This document shows positions 57,029-64,000 of a DNA stretch of 64,000 nt, piece by piece (the stretch's first letter is position 1; the number at the start of each line of letters is the position of its first letter). A program made the translations under genes and the position numbers. The DNA is taken from contig DF237060.1 in assembly GCA_000708835.1 (NCBI GenBank), forward strand, positions 1-64,000. The letters are read 5' to 3'. The notes under the pieces are model-generated. The model was not told where the DNA came from. It saw nothing but the letters and a program-made list of their open reading frames with translations, and searched no databases. This DNA is from Klebsormidium nitens. Taxonomy: Eukaryota > Plantae > Klebsormidiophyceae.

Positions 57029-60000
57029 CTCCGGTGAAGTTAGACGCACGGAAGTACCTTCTATGCTTCTGTAAAAGGGCATTTACAGCAACGTTGACGC
57101 AAAAGCGGAGGAGGCAATTGACGCGCAAGTGGAGAAACGAACGGATGGGTCAGATAGCTTTGCCCATGCAAGCTGGAACAAGAGCGACACTGAATGTTGC
57201 GCCTTGCTTCAAAGGGCGTCTTTCGATGTTGGACGCGAAAGGGAGCTTGCGGCCGACGGGAGTTCAGTAGCTGCGATAAACCAAGAAACAATCAGCGACG
57301 TATGGTTGGACGTGTCAATTATTTCAGTGGGCGAAGCGCGCTCCTTGAGATTTGAGAATCTTTGTTCCTTCTGCGTGATGGATGTCACTGTTCGGGCCGT
57401 TTGATTGCACCGTCTTGCTTTTCACCTTTATGGAGACGTATTTTGGGTGTTCCTTCTTGCTCGATAAGCACATTCTCGAGCAACCTGAAGAAAAGTGCCG
57501 ATTGAGCTCCGACTGGTCGGCACTGATTGGATATGGTTCCATGGATGCACTGACATGTGGACGGGTGCATGCTAATTTGTGTTGCATATGCATGTACACT
57601 GAGTATTGGCACCGTCTGCCTGTATCCTCTTCACGTTGTATCAAAATGCATGCGCAACGCCCTCACAAAGTGGGTAGCAGTGTTAATGCGAGCTACGAGT
57701 CGACCACGCCGGAAAACGGCTGCCGACGCGTTGACTTCTAGCTTGTACTAGGATCTTCACGGCAGAATTGATTGGCGCGACTGTATCACTAGGTGACATT
57801 GCCCATAAGTCATCATACCGGCAGGATATTGACTGCCCTCTAACAATTTAGTCTAACCGGTTTGGCAGTGGCTCCGACTGCCAAGAAAGGTGGCTAGCGC
57901 AATGAAGCTAAGGTGCACACGCGCCTCGAACACGTTGCGGCTGATCTGGCCGATAAAAGCCGTTACTCAACGGCACGACTTTGCCAAAATCGAAAAACTT
58001 ACGATTGCGTCCCGCTGCACATGCATGCAAACGTCAATTATACAGTTCCTCATAGCTAGTGTTCCACTTGAGTTGTTATATTCGTTACGTGAGAAACGTC
58101 ATCCTCTCTACTGATACTTCTGTACTGATCACCCACCGGGTTGCGACTAAGCTTTCGCTAGGTCGATCAAAATATTCGCTGCCGCTGCGCAGTGTTTACA
58201 ATTCCTACATCTTCAAAAGTATAGCTCCCAAAACCCCATGCGCGCCTTGAGCTACATACACATACTGTACTAGCTCCAACTGTAAGCTCTTGGTATAGCT
58301 TCCAGCTCAAAAATGTTACAAGCCGAACAATCTTTCTTTATATAGAACAGCAATCTCTACAAGCTGGCCTGCTTAAGGTGGTCACCTAATTAAGCTAGTC
58401 TCTATACTGCCTCAGGTCCGCCTAGATTCCTTCAGAGCCGCCATGATTGGCACCTGCCACTCCTTGGCAGTGCAACAATTGTATTCTAGATGTGACCCCC
58501 TTTCCAGCTCGGCCCGCTGTCCCGTAGAAACAGCGACCAACAGAGCAGAATGCCCCAATCAGTCCTTCAAACACAGCTGCCTACTCAGGAGCTGTTCTCC
58601 AACGATTGAAAGACTGAAGCTTGCAGTTTTTAGGTACTCCTCATATCTTATTGCTTAGCCCCATACTCCAGCGAGATGCTGGGGAATCAATTGGTAGCCA
58701 TCTGGCTTCAGGAGTTTGACGCGCAAACGCTTTGACATCCTCCAGCCTATTACGCAGCATTCACCAATTGCAAGGATTCCAGCCTGCAAACGTAAAGATG
58801 GTTTAGAATATGTGAACAGTTCCCCTGGTCAAGCACTCCTCTAGTAGCTTCAATCCACCAGATGAGCTGCTGACGGCTAGCTCTCAGCTTTGACCTGTCA
58901 TATAAGCTGACAACAAACTCAAGAAACTCAAATCGAAGTCCGTTGTGGTAAGCATAACGTTGAGGGAAGACCAGCTTTGAATGTGGCCCTAAGAGTTCGT
59001 GGACAAAGATCAAACGAAGGGTTTACTCGAAAGATATCGAAGCTGAAATCTCTTAGATGCAGTGTGAGCATATTTAGAAAGACCAGCGAATCCCGTGTCA
59101 TCTTATTCATTAAGCGTCGTGCTCAGCCTAGGATTGGTTGAAGTTTCTAACGTGCATGAGAAACAATTGCAAGGCACTTTATAAATTATAGGGAAGGGTG
59201 GGACTCTCACAAATCGCCATTTGTCGACTTTGGTATGTCCGAATCTAGGAAGCACCGCAAGCTGTTCGCTCGTGTTGCAGTGGCAGCCAGACTGCAAATA
59301 TGCGATTGTGCTCCTTGAAAACATGGCACAAGGTAAGGCTAAACGGCCATGAACGGATGAAGGGGTGTTGTATGCCTGCTCAATGCTCATACCTGGTCTT
59401 TCTGAAGACTCAGAAACCCAACGATCCATATATATGTGCATGCATAAGGAAACCTGGAAGCAGCTGAAGTTGGATCCTTGATAGATATTGCCATCCATCC
59501 AAACAATCAACCTCTAGTCTGCAAAAAGCAAGTCCTCTGTCAGGGAGAGGTACAATGGTTTGGACAGGTCGAGCAGAAAGCAAGTAAGACCACTTCACCA
59601 AAGAGAGCAATCCATCAGAGTTTTCAGTTCCAGATTTAACATCATCACAGGGGCAATCTTAGTCGGTAGGGTTGATTCTCACCACGGGCAGTGGCAGAAC
59701 GGGAGGTCCAATGAAGCCCCGGTGATGTAGGAGGATCCTTGGACACAACACTTGGAGGTTGTTCGACATGTGTGCATGCTGGAAGGAACAGAACCGCGTC
59801 ACTGAAAGAAAGCTTCACAAGAAGGGGTCTGTCCTGGAAAGCACAACTTGCCTGCCCAACTTTGGCTTTGTTTTTTCCCCGCTCTGGTTGAGAATCAAGG
59901 GAACAAATGAGCGCAGGCAGGACAATGAAGTAAGTGATCTGGACTACAGAAGTGAACATAAGTTCAACAAAAAAGCAAACATTCGGGGATGTCTGCTGCA

Positions 60001-61509
60001 ATATCCAATTGATGGGCTACCGCCTTGCAGCAACTGAAACTTTGTCAGCAACCTAAACTTGACACGCCCGACTGGAGGCTCTTGTCACTTCCTCTGGTTT
60101 TGCTGCTCCTGATTCGAAGCAAATTCAGCTAGCATCTGGTCTCAAGCGTTCCTCCTCAAGCACAATGTGGGAATTGAGCTAATCAGCCAAACCATGGAAG
60201 TTGGTAGCAACTTTGTAAGCTTTAAGAAGGAAGCTGAGGGAAACCAACTCGTGTTTTTAAAATCAAAACACCGACACTCTCAGCACTATAGCTGATATCT
60301 TGTTGAGCAAGTCACACCTCCTCTTCTTAAGCACCACCAAGTCATAGAGGCCAGCTTGTTAACACTGACCAGATGAAGAAGTCAACTCACAATGTGGACT
60401 GCTCATGCTCATGTCCAGCCACCTCCCACATGCCTTGCATTCCTCGGCACTCCTGTGGCCATTCACACCACCCCGCTCCAAGTGCGCCAGCTCAGTGGGA
60501 ATAGTCTCTGAGCTGGAAGGCTCCGAGCTGACGTCTTCCTCTGAGCGCAGCGACGCAAGCGATGTTGCCACGCTGTGTGTCGCAAGGTAGTGTTTCACGT
60601 GAAGCGAGGAAGCGGAGATTCTGAGCCGGGCCATGAACGCGCAGGGAAGTGATGTCTCGCTGGCAACAACTGTTTCCTACGAGCAGGAATGGAGGCCAAA
60701 TGGAAGATAAGTAGCTGCGTTCGTTCGTTCGGAAGGAAGCTTTCCAAGTCCGTTCTCGCGATTGTGAAGACCTGCAGCTGGACGTATTGATGACGATAGT
60801 CGGAGTCGTGGTTTGCGAGCCTGCATTTGACGCTTGAACGACTTTCACAACATGCAACGTTCTGACCAGCTCCTGTGAGCTGCATCGCAATATTTCCTGT
60901 AGCTGGTCTGCTTAGATATTGGTGATACCTACCAGTGCACAAAGCTCTTGCCACGCTTCATCGGGCCTGGCTGACTCATAGTATCGCTTCTTGATGACTG
61001 ACTCCACTAGAATATCAGTCACCCAGCTGAGGGGCTGCCGCCGGATATTGACGCAGTGACGCGGCGAGCTTCCCGCAAACTGTAGACAGAGCTGCAAATA
61101 CTATCATTACTACTATTAAAAAGTAGGGATGCACAAACGGCAAAAGGACGGCACATCGGAGTTGGCAGAAAACTTGCAGCATTGAATTGGACTCGGATCC
61201 AGTAGAGTCACAGTACGTCGTTGCTGTATTTGGAGACACTGGACGGATTGCACGCCGGCATGTACGGGCCCCGCTCAAGAGTGCTTGCTGAGTCTCGTCG
61301 CTCGCACCTAGATTGTGCGCCATGTGGGCGAGCAAGCGTTATGGGGATAACGCCACAGCAATCATAATGCACCTCGTACTCTGGAGTTATATTTGGACCG
61401 GTGGCATCCGGATACCCGGTGATACTGGCAACGCTCGTTTGCCGCTTGCACTCAGATACACAAGTCCCGGGCACCCAAACTAATTAAAACCCTAACCAAA
61501 CAAATCGAG

Positions 61510-61560
61510 CGCTCCGCACCCGCACCCACCCTAACCACCAAACTAACCCTACCCGTCCCC
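61510..61560 (+). repeat. Second copy of the short dispersed repeat seen at 8790-8845
   Basis: gctccgcacccgcacccaccctaaccaccaaactaaccctacccgtcccc aligns with 8791-8842. Confidence 0.55.
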
Positions 61561-64000
61561 CGGGTGCTTATCTTAGTGCAAGCTGGTCTTGGTGCAAGCT
61601 AGCGTTGCCGGAATCACCCGGTGCGCAAGCAGCGCAACTTGACATATGGCATCTTGTACGGATGTCGAAAGCGCCGTCGACGTACCACGTGCATCGTAAA
61701 TATCTGCCGTCGCGGTCCAGCTTTATACACCGTCCGATGGCCATCGAGTGCTTCTCAACACTTGTCAGCATTAGAATGTGGCGCACGTGGCATGTAAGTG
61801 CATGTCGCGAGATCCGACAATAGGGTATGAGGTTAGGGGTACATACTACAGGATGACCATTGACGGCCGACCAATCATTTAGACAATAACAGGCGCAGCG
61901 CGCTCCGCACTGGTCCGCAGCACATGCAGTACGAAGCCTGGCATGCTTCCGAATCCCGACTGGATTCTTCCTAGCCGACAAGTCCCTCACCCCAAGTGAC
62001 CGGTACGTCCCGTTAAACCACCACCCAAGGTATAAATACTCCTGGTTACCAGGAGTGCTCATAATCAAGTTTGCAACTTGAAATTCGCGACGGGCGCACA
62101 CTGGACGCACACATACAAGGGGGTACCTTTCCTACATTAAAACAGGCCGTTTCTTCACGAATTGAGCGGCGGTTTCGATCTGGCCTTGCTGGAACTACTG
62201 AAAGAGAGCTTTAGAAAGCAAAACCGCCGAAAACCATGGAGTAATGCTTCAGTTTTTTGGATCTATAAGGTCAAAAATGCATGACTTGGAAGCGAGCGCC
62301 TTCGGACCGAAATTTGAATTCCGTTGGCCGTTGGCGCGAATGCCAGCCGGTTTGCCTCGAGTTATACCCGGGGTGGTGGTTTAAAGTTGAGCACAGCGGC
62401 AGTCGGCCCCGAGCATCGGAAGCGCCCCGCGCTCCGTGCATTTCGGACCGCCCACCTCCTCGGGCCGATCGTGTCATGAGGACAGTACGTCACGACACGC
62501 GACTCGGGCCTGGCGCAGAAGCTGATTTGGTACTAACGGCCTACGATCCTTCTGCAACCAAGGGAGTGCGCCGGAAACACTACGCAACATTGCTCCACTG
62601 ATTTGGCAGTGGGCACTGAGTCACTATGTAAGACTTACGTCAATTGATGGAGGGGCTCGCAAAAACCAGCTATCTTCGATTCTGATAGGCCTTTCACCCC
62701 TAGCCGCAGGCCAAGAAAGGGGACATATCCGACTGGCTATAAGCCATATGCAGTCGTAGCTGGCCGTGGGTAGCTGTTGAGTATACTGCGCATTGCTCGC
62801 GCGGTATCGACATTTCTGTGTCGAACTGCATGCAGAACGGAACGCTCCAACGTAATTCGAAAAAATGTCAGCTGGCTGACCAAGTGGAGTCGCTAGACAG
62901 GCTGCAGCGCTGCGAACAGCTACAACGTACTTCTATGTACGGTTAGTAACTAGCTGTACGCACAGTTCGGACTCGCCGGGTGCTTACCAGCTTTTTGCTC
63001 TGGTCGTGCTCTTGATTTAAACTGCTCGTAGAATACCAGCATCCGTGAAAGAGTACTGGGGCGCCCGCCTGTGTGAATGTGCGGCCGAACCCTACGTCGA
63101 ATCTGGTCCCTGAGCCCAGCGCCGTTGCGGGTGCGAGGCGGGCGCAGAACGGGCGCGTGGGCGGTAATTCACAATGTTGTCAGTGAGTATCCTCTGGTGT
63201 GCCGTACCCGGAAATCGTCGGGCGACGTTGCTGGTCTGCGTCGGCGCCCTAAACTAACATATCCTTTATGGGCACGTTTGTTGGCTGATGAGAACTCAAT
63301 GCAGTGTGCTGATCGAGACACGTTGAACTCAGCCGAGTTCGCTTCATGAGAAGTAATTGGTTCTCAGACAGTACTCGAAGCGGACTCAAAGCATAAATTT
63401 TGCCTTTACCACGTCCGACAAGCGCCTAGCAGATTAGCGTCCGAAGTGGCGGGAGGCACCTTATATATAGGGAGCAACCTCACAAAGCTAAAATGATACC
63501 AGATTTGCAAGGAAAAACGGAAGATCTGCGATGTCTCACCGTCTCGTGAAGCCCTAAATTGGTGTCACACGTTGGACAGGTTGATATGATCCTGGATCAC
63601 GGTCGATTTCTGCTATAGATGTTGTGTCCAAAGCAATATGCCACCGAGAGTAGCTCACTCGGCTCACAGCATAGTAGTGCGAGTTCAAAAGACATGCCAG
63701 TATGTCATTGATGCAATGAATTGTGAAAGAGTGGAGGTCTGAGTCCCTCGGATTCCTAGATGCTGTTTCGATCGGGGTCACAGCACGGCGGCCAGACCTT
63801 TCTCACATCGAAGTCGAACATCTTGATGTCGAGATGCGAACGCTCTCTGCTATTCCCGTTTCTCCGAAGCGAGTGACGTATTGTCTTTAGTGTGCTCCTT
63901 CACAGTCAAGCAGGAGGCTAGCTTACGACGGTGGACGGTAATTCGTAAACAGGCCAAGCTTCTTTGAGTGCATCCAGACCATGGCGATGCAGATGTGAAA

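Noticed and set aside
57862-57897. Helitron-like 3' end (hairpin ttggcagt...actgccaa followed by CTAG)
   Set aside because: CTAG is followed by C rather than T, and no 5' TC end or RepHel remnant was identified.

Overview
Intron-rich eukaryotic nuclear DNA, most likely a streptophyte (charophyte, Klebsormidium-like) alga. This is inferred from plant-type WEE1, PES, PPR and NIP genes with GT-AG introns. I reconstructed genes by hand from the ORF track and splice signals. From left to right: an arsenic-detoxification gene cluster (LMW-PTP-type arsenate reductase arsC on +, arsH on -, NIP/AqpN-like aquaglyceroporin on +), a three-domain prosaposin-like gene (-), an unknown plastid-targeted protein (+), a mitochondrial-type PPR gene (-), WEE1 (+), a MYND-finger gene (-), a secreted PAN/Apple-repeat gene (+) with a foldback/tRNA-like insert in intron 1, a phytyl ester synthase-like hydrolase/acyltransferase (-) and a mitoferrin-like carrier (+), then about 7 kb without a confident gene. 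The most interesting signal is the intron-containing arsC-arsH-NIP cluster at 554-11833, which mirrors bacterial ars operons that use an aquaporin. In this assembly the NIP carries three frame-breaking lesions. A second signal is that four genes have degenerate tandem copies of exon edges, splice site included, repeated in the adjacent intron. There is one assembly gap (38605-38672). No CRISPR, rRNA or intact tRNA was seen.
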